From Callorhinchus milii (taxonomy: Eukaryota), in contig NW_024704742.1 of the NCBI RefSeq assembly GCF_018977255.1, forward strand, positions 103,604,001 through 103,668,000: a DNA stretch of 64,000 nt. Reading direction: 5' to 3'. Within the stretch, counting starts at the first letter, position 1. Each line of letters begins with the position of its first letter. Below are positions 28,209-40,209 of this stretch, piece after piece. The position numbers were made by a program, and so were the translations under genes. Below the pieces are notes generated by a model that saw only the letters and a program-made list of their open reading frames with translations, was not told the origin of the DNA and did no database searches.

Positions 28209-29002
28209 TGTGTTGCCTATTTGGCTTGTGTTGTAACTGACTTGAGAATGCTCACCAACAATGGTGTAAAATTTCAACTATTGCCCCAATGGACAGTAAT
28301 TATTATTGCCTATAATGTTGAATTCATTAATATACAAATAGCTCTACATGGGGTTTTCTTGCTCTGTGCTTGGCAATAAGGTCAGCCATGCCATAGAGCA
28401 TTAATAATAATAATAATATAATATTGATATGGGACCACAGTTTATGTTTATGTCCTTTATCAAATGTAACATCTGATTGATCGTGCAGACACAGGGTCAC
28501 AGTATCCTGGAGATACTTGCTGGTTGTACTTGATTGACCTAATGAACAACTTCAAGGAATGCTCTGGGGTAGAGTTGACTGTGGGCTATGCTCACTGAGA
28601 CAATGCAGTTGCTCTTCAGCATGTGTGTGAAGTTAGCCAAAAAGTGAGAGGCTAATAAATAAATTGCAACAGCTTTAATGTAATAGCAAAGCAATGTGTC
28701 ATGATTTATGAAATATATTTGATTTATTCCACATCAGTGCACTGTAATTTTTCCTTGCAATTAGGATCTTGTTCAAGCAGCAAACGTTTACAAATGATTG
28801 CATTGGAATTTGCTATTGATGCAATTGGAAGCAAAATTGAAACATTTTGTTTGGAGCAATGGTGGATAAAATTTACCATGAGATCAATTCAAACATGAGT
28901 GTTGTGATTGAGTGTTTTATTTTTGGAATGTAATAATAATCCTTGCATTTGATATAGATATATATAATATCTATAATAGCACATAATAGATATGTCTTAG
29001 TT

Positions 29003-29425
29003 TGCTTGGCTCAGTTGATAGTACTCTTGCCTCTGATTCAAAAGGTTGTGAGTTCAAGCCCCATGTTGGGACTTTGAACTCACAGTCTAGGCTGATACTC
29101 AAGTGCAGTGCTGGGGATGTACTGCATTGTTAGAGGATGTTAGAGGAGATCTTTTGGATGAGACGTTAAACCAATGTCCCATCTGACTATTCAGGAAGAC
29201 GTTAAAGATCCCATGGCACTGTTCGAAAAAATAGGTGAATTTCTCTCCATGTCCTGGCCAACAATCCCCCAAATAAAATTGGTCATTCACTTCATGGCTG
29301 TTTGTTGGACATTGCAGTATGAAAATTGGCTGAAGCGTTCGCCTACAAATACACAGTCACTAAAATCCTTTGAAGCGCTTTAAGCTATCTTGATGACATG
29401 ATAAGGCCCTATATCAAATGAAAGT
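29003..29425 (+). mobile_element. SacSINE1-like DeuSINE, full length
   Basis: TTGGCTCAGTTGATAGTACTCTTGCCTCTG...GATGAGACGTTAAACC..AAAGATCCCATGGCACT...tail. Confidence 0.88.
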
Positions 29426-29990
29426 GATTTTTCATATTCGTTCAAAGCTATTCCCTAAAGAGTCACAAGTGTAATGAAACCTGTAAGACGTATTGAATCA
29501 TGTCTGCTGTGAAACTCAATAAAGTGGAGCGTGGAACATCAAAATTCAACAGCAAAATGGACGTAAATGTCAGATTGTCCTGCTGAGTTATCTGCTGGTT
29601 GTTATTATTGTGTTCATTTGGCAGATAGTAATGATTTCCAATCCCATTTGACTTCAAATAATCTAATAGAAAGTATCATGTTCTTTAAATTATGTTATTT
29701 TATCTTGTATAAAAGTTAGCTCTAGGTCTGTCTTTCATCAGCAGGCCTTGGCAGTGTAGCCCAGTCACTGGGGGCAGGGAGTCATCCCACTCAGCTCCTG
29801 TTAACGGGTTGGGTGGTCCTAGCTGGACAAGCAGCGAGAAAGCTTGGCAGACAGCGATATTAATGGCAAGCTGTGCAGTTTTAGCTGGGCTCACAAACAG
29901 TAAACAGACGAAAGTTCTCTATGGAGACTATCCAGCTGACATTCACCATTCACTGGGAGCTCCTAGTTTCAGCTTTCCCTAGCCTTAAGT

Positions 29991-30118
29991 GTACCTAGAC
30001 ATGAGTAATATCTAAGCATGTGAAAAAATACCTCCATCTATGGGGAGAAAAAAATGTTTCAATAGGATATGCTGGAGATTTTATTTTACGTGCTTAGATA
30101 TTACTCATGTCTCGGTAC
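29991..30118. repeat. Palindromic element (MITE-like or hairpin)
   Basis: GTACCTAGACATGAGTAATATCTAAGCATGT vs ACGTGCTTAGATATTACTCATGTCTCGGTAC: 29 of 31 positions complementary. Confidence 0.85.
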
Positions 30119-30629
30119 TGACAGACAAATGCTGCTGCACATAAAGCATACTATATAGGCTAATAATAAAATAAGGCTAATCACAAAATAAACATTGTTG
30201 TAATTCAGAGCACGTAAAATCTATTTTTATAAAACTTTGACTTGACCTTTGGGGATACTGTAGTACATTCTCATGCTCTTCTTTGGAAAGACACAAAGAC
30301 GTTGAAGATACCCAAGACTGGAGACTCATACAAAAGGATGGGGAGATGCAAAGATCTGGGGGGGAGAAAGAATTGTGTTTCCCTACAAAATACACAGGCA
30401 CTACGCTTTAGAGTAAAATACCGTGAAACACTTTGAGATGCCCTCCCAACATGACAGGAATTATATCAAATTCAAAGATTGTTATCTTCAAAATGAGGTA
30501 AATTTTTAGAAACGCAAGATCCCAGACAAGCACATCCAATCTTAACATTTCCCCACTTTATTTCAAACATATTCAATTTTTAGGAATGGAACAAACACAA
30601 AAATTTAAAATGTTATCCTCTTGTTTGCT

Positions 30630-31340
30630 CTGGAAATGAGATTGGACATAGTAGAAATGAGAATAGATAACAATCTAGGAATGAGGATGGACTTATAGTT
30701 TAGGAATGAGGATAGACATGACGGTAATAATAATAATAAAAATAATAATCCTTGCATTTGTTACAGCACCTCATCATGTCTTTGAGACATCTCAAAGCTC
30801 TTCACAGAATATACTCTAAAGTGAATTGACTGGATATTTTGTGAACGAAATGCGGCAGCCAATTGTACACAGCAGTGTCCCATAAACAGTTGTGGATTGA
30901 GTGAAAACAATTTTTTTAAAAAAGAATTAATACCCCCCCAAGAAAAGCGATCCGCCAATCAACTAACAACAGGGTTCCAACTTCCTGTTAGGTAAACAGA
31001 GGCATGTGGAGTAAGGAAACTTCGCCCTGCCCAAGAATTGAACCCAGGTCCTCTCGCTTGCAAGGCGAGTGCTCTAACCACAAAGCTACAGGACTCCACA
31101 GTCTAGGAATGAGGATGGATTTTATAGTCTAGGAATGAGGATAGACATTAGTCTAACAATGAAGATAGACAATCTAGGCACGAGAGTAGGTATGATAGTC
31201 TATCAATGAGGATAAACATCGCAGTCAAGGAAAGAGGATAGATGTTATAGTCTAGGAATGTAGCAAGACATTACCAGTCTAGAAATGATGATAGATATTG
31301 CAACTCAGAAATAAGGATAGACACTGCAGCCTGGAAATGC
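30630..31340 (+). repeat. ~26-bp minisatellite interrupted by a SINE
   Basis: About 13 diverged units of AGTCTAGGAATGAGGATAGACATTAT-like sequence. Confidence 0.9.
30726..31099 (-). mobile_element. CORE+Deu SINE inserted in a minisatellite
   Basis: Full head with anticodon arm CTCGC-CTTGCAA-GCGAG on the minus strand. Confidence 0.9.
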
Positions 31341-32152
31341 CTCAAGCACAGTCCTATCTTTAGCATTCTTACAGATGCGAGTCAGACAATTCCATTCATG
31401 TTTCCCTTTGTGCATTTTCATGCATATATTATATAACATAATTTCATGCATCTCAAATCGAGTTCTGGTAAATTTTTCATTACCATTTTTTTCTTTTGGG
31501 AGCAGAATCTCTGCTGTTTTCTATTAAATATCTTCCTTTTCACTTCCAGCAACCAAAGTCTTCTTTAATAATTGTAATGTCATTTATTTTATGTTCATTG
31601 ACTACTGGCAGACTTATTTCAGCAATAGGTCATGTTTATAGCATTTCATCATACATTGCTAGTCCTGCTGTTTATTTATGGCCTGCACAATTATTATGAC
31701 AAATGTACACTCAACTCATCTGTGACATTTTAATCTGATGGTGTCATCTGAGAGTTACACAAAAGGTCACAAGGTAAAGACTGTATCTCTTAGGTCCAGG
31801 ACAAGATGTATTCAACAGGAAAGCATGTTGTGTATTGGAATTTCTGTACTAATTTGTCACTGATCTAAAAATATCACTTGTACCAATCTAAACATGGATC
31901 TATAAATACTTGAAAAATAGTTTGAATCAGCCTTCGAAGTAGGATACCAAGTTCATGACTGTTCTTCTTTCTGATGGATAGCAGGTATCATAGTCAGAAT
32001 TGGATTTCCTATTTTATTTACTATAGAAACATTGATGTTTGGATCAACTTGTAGACGCGGCGGATAAAGGCTTGTCACACGTGCTAGAACACTCCAGGAA
32101 TTGAAAATATAGGATACTGGACACTTCACAGCATGTACATTTAATCATACTT

Positions 32153-32512
32153 GTGGAGTCCTATAGCATAGTGGTTAGAGCACTTGCCTCACAAGCAAGA
32201 GGACCTGGATTTGATTCCGTGCAGCGCGAATTGTTAGGCAAGTTTCCTTATTCCACTCATTTCTGTTTATCTAGGAATGAGTAAGAATTCAGTTGTTTGT
32301 CGATTGGTGGATCATTTTTCCGGGGGTAATAATCCCTTCTAAAAGTAATAATAATAATAATAATTTGGTCCTCAATCCATAACTGTTTGTGGGGCACTGA
32401 TGTGTGCAATTGGCTGCCATATTTTTCACCTACAAAATGTACAGTCAATTCACTTTACAGTACATTCTGTGAAGCGCTCTGAGACGCTATATCAAATGCA
32501 AGAATTTATTAT
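32153..32512 (+). mobile_element. CORE+Deu SINE (long variant)
   Basis: TGTGGAGTCCTATAGC...TATATCAAATGCAAG. Confidence 0.9.
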
Positions 32513-34324
32513 TGTACTTCTTCTATTATGTGCCACACAAACATCAAGTTTACAATAAATTAGAAAGAATGAAATAAATAATGATTATCATGATATATGA
32601 ATATTTGGTGCAGTCATGAGTTAACTTTTGGCTGCTTGTTAGAGAATGGAAAACTTTCCTGTTGATGTAGGCAAGAATTTAACACCGGGAAGGCCACATA
32701 TAAAATTGGTTATTCATTAACTGACTGAAGAATAAAGAATCCTACAGAAACCTTACAACACCCTATTAACATGCAACTAATTCCTTTACTGACATTTAGA
32801 GAATGCAACATTTAAACCAGCAGGGAATCAGGGGGTTATTTTGCATTCACGACTCATACCCACCACTGATTCTCCACATCATTCTGGACCTCCTACCAGA
32901 AAGCCACCCAAAGCTCTCTCCCATAAAGCTCAAGTCAACACTGCCTATGTGCATTTTCAAAAGCCTGACTTCAGCACACATTTTTTCTTGTCTCCCTTTA
33001 CCAATGCAGCTGAATGTAAAAGCGAACAAAATGATTTATATTTATCTAACTTTTTAATTCAGTATGGTGCTGTAGTTCATCTATTGAAGGCCATTTTAGA
33101 ATTTGAAGGGAATGGAGGCCAAACCATTCATTACTTAGAGCCTTCGGTACTCTTAGAATACTCGATTATTTAGTCCCGTCACCTTGGAACCCAACAATGA
33201 CAAATAGTTAATTACTCAGAAGAAATTGAATCAGTCCCCAGGGTTTTTCAATGTCCACCAATTGCATAAGCATTGAATACAGAATATAAAATCATATTGG
33301 AAGCAAAAAGCAGCTCCCAAACAGAAACCTTGGCACATTATAATATGGAGCAAATTTTCATTAGCTTATATGAGTATTAGCCTCAATAAGATTCTGATAT
33401 AATGATATGATTCCTAACCCAAGCCTTCAGAACACAGTAAATTAAATGTACTTCATACACAGGAGAGGGGATTTCTCCCAGTGTCCTGGCCACATTCCCA
33501 CGGATAAAATTGGTCAATCACTGCATGGCTGATTGTGGGAATTGCTGTGTGCAAATGCCTGGCACACTCACCTCCAAATTACACTTTACAGTAAGCCGTT
33601 GAGATGGTGTGTCCCTGTTCCCCAACTACCCCTCCCCAACATGAAAGATGCAATTTCAAATGCAAGGATTATTATTTTATAAATTCACAAACATGCAATG
33701 ACTTCCAATAAGGTTTGATTAAAGGAGGCCAGTATGCTGATTAATAATGTATGAATTTCCACCACCAAATTCCTGTTTTTTGGGAGCTAAATTGGGATGT
33801 CATGATGAATTGAAATAATTTGATGCTGTATTTCATGATCCTTGTAGCTTCCATAAAATAAATCAGTAGACTTCAATAAAAGACTAATTTCTGTAATCAG
33901 TACTTTGTGAATTAATCTTTCACCAGCAAATTGTGTTCACTGATAGCTTTCATTATGATATTCAGTTTTGGGTCATATGAAGTTATGCTTGAAGGGTTAT
34001 CATGCTTATACAGTAATTTGATTTGAGGTTAGAAAAGTAGCTAATCCTCAACGTGAGCAGATTTGTGTTAAACCATGCATTTTGATACCTTGCACTGATT
34101 TAACTTTTACCTCTGAATGAGGTTGTGAGTTTAAGCCCTGCATCAAACTTTGAGTTCATAGTGTAGGATAGCATTTGAGTATGAACACAAGAAGCTATTC
34201 AAGTTTCTCCTGGTATCCCAGCCATTAATCCTACAGATAAATTGATCATTCACCTCATGGCTGTTTGTGGGAACTTGCTGTGTACAAATTGGCTTCTGCA
34301 TTTGGCTATGAATACAGTCACTAT

Positions 34325-34510
34325 TCTTTACAGAAGGACAGATACCAGGAAGTATTTTTTTACCCAGTAGGTCATTAACGCAGAGATCAGGTTATCTGGA
34401 AGGGTGCTTGAGGCCAGGGTGTTGGATTCGTTTAAAAGCATTCTGATTCTGTGATGAGCAGGTGGTGGAGTGGGTATTCTGAAGGAATGAGATTCAATGA
34501 GCGGAAGGGC
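34325..34510 (+). mobile_element. CR1 3' fragment
   Basis: RTDTRKYFFTQ.VIN..VLEARVLDSFK followed by ATGAGCGGAAGGGCCTTCTTCATC. Confidence 0.7.
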
Positions 34511-35699
34511 CTTCTTCATCTGAACTAATCATGTGTGATCTTGTGAACCCTACAATTGGTTAGACAGGAGTGGTACATAGGAACAGGCAGAGTTGTAAAC
34601 AGAAAAACCTTTTTATACAAAGGTTCATGGGAGAAAGATGTTTCAAAGTCATTTACTGATTTATTCATGCATTTTTGTGACCAATGTATAATAGGGTTAT
34701 AACCTTAAAGGCTAATTTGGTTTTGTTCATTTATATAAACCTCCTAAATTCTTTGATTGTTTGCAAGTGGCACATGATTGTTTTACATAAAAGACAAACT
34801 CTAACTGACAGTAACAGTGCATCAATAGCACATTGCGTTTGCAAGAAAAGTACACTGAATTTAGGCATTGTAAAGTATATTGACTATATATTTTGTATGC
34901 GACCATTTACTATCACTATTGTACTACTTACTATTCGTACATGACTATCTCAGGAGGGGTGGGGGAGAGGAGGAGATGAAGGAGGTTTTCCACGGCCTTT
35001 TGCTATAGTTGGAGGACACGCCACAAGAAAATTTAAGATTGATGAAGAAGGCACAGAACTGAGACTGAATTGAGATTTAAAATTTATAACGATAAATTAA
35101 TTACATATAGTTTGTGTCTGATTAGTTAATTAACTATGTGCTGGGTTTTCATATGGTTCATGTAGGACAAGTAAGTGAAGGGATATAAGAACATAAGAAT
35201 TAGGAGCAGGAGTAGGCCATTCAGCCCCTCGAGTCTGCCCCGCCATTCAATAAGATCATGGCTGATCTATTCTAACTCCACCTACCCGCCTTATCCCCAT
35301 ATCCCTTAATCCCTTTATCCACAAGAAATCTATCAATCTCAGTCTTGAATATGTTTAAGGACTGAGTATCTACAGCCCTTTGGGGTAGAGAATTCCATAA
35401 ATTCACTACCCTCTGAGTGAAGAAGTTTTCCCTCATTAGGCTTACCCCTAATTTTAAGACTGTGACCCCTGGTTATAGTTTCTCCAACCAGGGGAAAAAG
35501 TCTCCCACTATCTATTTTGTCGTGCCCCTTAATAATCATGTAGGTTTCTATAAGATCACCTCTCATTCTTCTATATTCTAATTGCTCAACCTATCCTCAT
35601 AACTCATCCCCTTCATCCCTGGTATGAACCTAATGAATCTACATTGTACCCCCTCCAAGGCGAGTACATCCTTTCTTAAATAAGGAGACCAAAACTTAA

Positions 35700-36028
35700 A
35701 TGTGGAGTCCTGTAGCTCAGTGGTTAGAGCCCTCCCTTTGCAAGCGAGAGACCTGAGTTCAATTCCAGGCAGGGCGAAACCTTGGGCAAGTTTCCTTACT
35801 CCACACCCCTAATAATAATCCCTCCAAAAAAAAAAACAATAATAAATTGGTCATTTTCAATCCATGACTGTTTGTGGGACATTGCTGTGCGCAATTGGCT
35901 GCCGCGTTCGCCCACAAATATACAGTCAATTCACTTTACAGTATATTCTGTGAAGCGCTTTGGGACGTCTAGAAGACGTGAAAAGTGCTATATCAAATGC
36001 AAGGATTATTATTAGTAGTATTATTATT
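35700..36028 (+). mobile_element. tRNA-Ala-derived CORE+Deu SINE with L2 tail (short variant), young copy
   Basis: A box TAGCTCAGTGG, B box GAGTTCAATTCC, CORE-like ACCTTGGGCAAGTTTCCTTAC, Deu-like TGTTTGTGGGACATTGCTGTGCGCAATTGGCTGCC, (TTA)n tail, TSD AAAACT (35691/36029). Confidence 0.92.
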
Positions 36029-36405
36029 AAAACTGCACCCAGTACTCTAGGTGCGGTCTCACCAGGGCCCTATACAGTTGCAGCAAAACGTCTCTACTCT
36101 TATATTCTAACCCTTTTGTAACAAATGCCAACATACAGTTAGCCTTCCTAATTGCTTGCTGTACCTGCAAACTAACTTTTTGTGACTGGTGTACAAGGAC
36201 ACCCAAGTCCCTCTGAACGCTAACACTATCTAGTTTCTCCCCTTCTAAAAAATAATCTTCTCTACTGTTTTTGCCACCGAGGTGAATGACTTCACACTTC
36301 CCTACATTATACTTCATCTGCCACCTATTTGCCATCTCACCTAGCCTATTTATATCTCGTTGCATTTTTTTAATGTCATCCTCGGTGTTTACTCTCGCTC
36401 CTAGT

Positions 36406-37950
36406 TCACTCAAAATCCTCCTCGTCTACCGGCCCCCTAAAACCTCTCCCACCTTCATCTCCGATATTTCCATCTCTCTGCCTCTGCTCTGATCGCCTCA
36501 TCATCCTGGGCGACTTCAACCTGCACTTCACCCCCTCCTGCTCCATCTCCTCAGACTTCTCCTCCCTACTCTCCTCGCTCAACCTTTCCCTCCACATCAA
36601 CTCCGCCACTCACAGTCACGGCCACCCACTCGATTTGGTGATCACCCGGGGCCTCAGTGTCTCGGATGTCACCATTACCGACAAGGCCATCTCTGACCAC
36701 TACTTCATCTCCTTCACCACCTCCACCCCCCTCCCCATCTCCACCAGACCCACCAACATTTTCTACCGCCCCTGGAAGAAGTTACCCACACGATCCCTAA
36801 CCGCTGCCTTGGAGTCCTCTGAACTCCTCTCCCTCTGGCCTTCATCCCTCACTGATCCCTCTTCTGCTCTCACCCTCCTCCACAACATCCTCTCCTCCAC
36901 ACTCGACACTCTTGCCCCCATCACCTCCCGTACTGTCTCTTACTCTCGCTGCTCCCCCTGGTTCACCACCCACCTCCGCTCACTGAAGAGCCAGGTGCGG
37001 GCCGATGAACGCACCTGCCTCAAATCTGGCCTAACGGTCCACCGTCAAATCTGGCTGGACCTCCTCAAAATCTACCACTCCACTCTAGCCTCAGCCAAGT
37101 CGTCCTTCTACTCCAGGATAATCCTGGAGGCGAAGATTAACCCCAGGTTCCTGTTCTCTACCACATCCCGACTCCTCCGTCCCCCCCGCCACCCCGCACA
37201 GGTCATCCCCTCTAACCTTCACTGCGAGGAGATGCTGGATTTCCTTCAATCCAAAATCAAGGGAATCTGCTCCGCGGTCACTGCCCCTCCAACTTCCACC
37301 CACCCCCCACCCCTTCCCTCCCACACTCCGACTCCTACCCGTCCTCCCCTACACACCTTCGAACCCGTTTCCCCAACCTCTGTCACCAACCTCATCCTGT
37401 CCCTAAAACCCACCACCTGCTCCCTTGACCCCATCCCCACTCCACTCCTTATCTCCCAGCTCAACCTCCTTGCCCCACTTCTCACAGACATCATCAACCT
37501 GTCCCTCTCCTCTGGCTCTGTTCCCATTCCCCTAAAAACTGCCACCATCACTCCCACTTTGAAAAAACCCTCCCTTGATGCATCGCAGCTATCAAGCTAC
37601 CGGCCCATCTCCAACCTTCCCTTCCTGTCCAAGGTCCTTGAAAGCGTTGTCGCCTCCCAGCTGCGCTCTTTCCTCTCCACCCATGCATTATTCGAACCCC
37701 TTCAGTCGGGTTTCCATGCTGCCCTGGTCAAGGTCACTAATGACATCTTGACCATCTGTGACCAGGGCTCCCTCTGCCTCCTCGTCCTCCTCGACCTATC
37801 GGCCGCATTCGATACCCCCTCCTCGCTCCCTCCCTTCCCTCCCCTGACCATTTCCCCCCTGCTCGGGTCCCGACCCAACTATCCAGTGCCTTGGGATGTC
37901 CTCCCGACGTGAAATGCGCTCTTTCAATGAAATCTTGTTGTTCTTGTTGT
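36406..37950 (+). mobile_element. L2 LINE, 5'-truncated and internally deleted, inserted into CR1
   Basis: YRPP, IILGDFN, ISDHY, KPTTCSLDPIPT, YRPISNLPFLSKVLE, LLDLSAAFDT (ORF 36635..37912), then a jump to the 3' UTR and (TTG)n tail. Confidence 0.95.
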
Positions 37951-39307
37951 AGTGTCATCCGCCAATTTCGATATATTAAGATTGATGTCCTCATCTAGAT
38001 CATTGATGTAGATTGTAAATAGTTGAGGCCCAACACTGATCCTTGTGGCACTCCACTAGTCACATCCCGCCAATCTGAGAAGGATCCATTTATCCCTACT
38101 CTTTGTTTTCTTCCCGTCAGCCATTCTTCAATCCATGCTAATATATTCCCCTTAATTCCATGGGCCCTAACCTTGTGGATCAACCTTTTATACGGCACCT
38201 TATCAAATGCCTTTTGGAAATCCAAATACACTACATCCACCGATTCCCCCCTATCTAATCTACTTGATATGTCCTCAAAAAAATCTAAAAGATTTGTTAA
38301 GCATGACTTCCCTTTTGTAAAGCCATGTTTACTCTGTCTAATCATATTGTGATCTTCTAAGTATCCCACTATGATATCTTTAATTAAGGATTCTAGAATT
38401 TTCCCTACCACCGATGTTAGATTAACTGGTCTATAGTTCCCCATCTTTTCTCTCCCAATCTTCTTTAACAGTGGTGTGATGTTTGCGATCTTCCAATCAA
38501 TGGGAACTGTTCCAGAATCCAAAGAATTTTGGAAGATCAGACACAAGGCCTCCACTATCTCATGAGCTACCTCTTTTAATACCCTAGAATGCAGACCATC
38601 AGGTCCAGGGGACTTGTCAATTTTTAATGCCAACAATTTCCCTAGCACCAATTCTTTGCTAATGTAAATTTCCCTAAGTTGCTCCCTATCATTAGCCCCT
38701 TGGTTCATTTCTATTTCTGGTAAACTTCTTGTGCCTTCTATTGTGAAGACAGAAGCAAAGTATCTATTTAGGGTCTCTGCCTTATCCCCCATTATAATTC
38801 CTCCTGTCTCTGCCTGTAATGGACCCACATTTATTTTTGCTAGTCTATTCCTCTTAATGTATTCATAAAAACTCTTACAATCTGTCTTAATGTTCCTAGC
38901 TAGCTTGCCCTCATAATCCATTTTCTCACTCTTAATGAGCTTTTTGGTTTTCCTTTGTTGGTCCCTAAAACACTCTCAGTCCTCAGGTTTGCTATTCTTT
39001 TTGGCAGTTTTATAGGCCTTTTCTTTTAGTTTTATACTTTCTCTAACTGCTCTAGTTAGCCACGGATGAACTGCTTTCCCTGTGGTACTCTTATTCCTCA
39101 AGGAAATATGTGACCGCTGAGAATTTTGCACTACATCTTTAAACGTTTGCCATTGTTGCTCTATTGTCATGTCCATTAATCTAATTCCCCAGTCTATTTT
39201 AACTAATTCTTCCCTCATACCTGCAAAGTTAGCTTTATTTAAATTTAAGACCTTTGCTTTGGATTTGACTACATCGCTCTCTAACTTAATACTAAATGCT
39301 ATCATTT

Positions 39308-39527
39308 AATAATAATCCCTCCAAAAAAAAAAAACAATAATAAATCGGTCATTTTCAATCTACGACTGTTTGTGGGACATTGCTGTGCACAATTGGCTGC
39401 CGCGTTCGCCCACAAATATACAGTCAATTCACTTTACAGTGTGTTCTGTGAAGCACTTTGGGACGTCCTCCCGACGTGAAAAGCGCTATATCAAATGCAA
39501 GGATTATTATTATTATTATTATTATTG
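39308..39527 (+). mobile_element. CORE+Deu SINE 3' half inside CR1
   Basis: Begins AATAATAATCCCTCC and ends (TTA)n; adjacent CR1 endonuclease sequence is missing. Confidence 0.9.
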
Positions 39528-39844
39528 TAATTCTACCCATACCATCTAATAATAATAATCCTTGCATTTGATATAGCTCTACATCCTGGTTATCTGATTT
39601 GAAATCTTTCCTCTCTACTGTTTTTATTCCATCCTTCATTAACAAGGCTACCCCCCCACCTCATTTTCCACATTGTCTATCCTTCCTATAAACTGAAAAC
39701 CCCAGAATATTTAACTCCCACCCTAGATCTCCCTGTAACCATGTCTCAGTAATGGCTACTAGATCATACCTATTTGCATCTTTCCGTGCCTTTAATTCAT
39801 CTATCTTATTCCGAATGCTTCGTGCATTCAGAATTAATTACATA

Positions 39845-40058
39845 AATAATAATAATCCCTCCAAAACCAAAAACAATAATAAATTGGTCATTTTCAATTT
39901 TCAGTCTACGAATGTTTGTGGGACATTGCTGTGTGCAATTGGCTGCCGCGTTCGCCCACAAATATACAGTCAATTCACTTTACAGTGTGTTCTGTGAAGC
40001 GCTTTGGGACATCCTCCCGACATGAAAAGCGCTATATCAAATGCAAGGATTATTATTA
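39845..40058 (+). mobile_element. CORE+Deu SINE 3' half
   Basis: Begins AATAATAATCCCTCC; TSD ATAAATA (39842/40058). Confidence 0.9.
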
Positions 40059-40209
40059 TAAATAGTTTGTGTCTGATTAGTTAACTAACTATGTGCTGGG
40101 TTTTCATATGGTTCATGTAGGACAAGTAAGTGAAGGGGTATGGAATCAGATAACTGCTCAGGTATTTAAATATTAATGTCATTTGTAAAAGTAGATGAAT
40201 TTATCCACT

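Larger units (their letters stand above)
35185..39832 (-). mobile_element. CR1 LINE, near-complete ORF2 plus 3' UTR, fragmented by nested insertions
   Basis: EN motifs LNARSIRNK, AITETWL, GGGVALL (39830-39580). RT motifs KSPGPDG, NYRPVNLTS, YLDFQKAFDKV, GVPQGSVLG (ORF 37995..38921), KLADDT (~37955), LYRALVRPHLEY and RGDLIETY. The (TTCTTATG)-type tail is at ~35185-35200. Confidence 0.95.

Noticed and set aside
30630..31340. CRISPR-like array
   Set aside because: The units are adjacent with no unique spacers, there are no cas genes, and the context is vertebrate.
35703..35776. tRNA-Ala(TGC) genes (also at 23820, 27771, 31030, 32153, 54219)
   Set aside because: These are SINE heads: the acceptor stem is imperfect and each continues into the SINE body and tail.
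36635..38921. The two longest ORFs (425 aa +, 308 aa -) as a convergent gene pair or novel RT system
   Set aside because: They are ordinary L2 and CR1 ORF2 fragments; the arrangement comes from L2 inserting into CR1.
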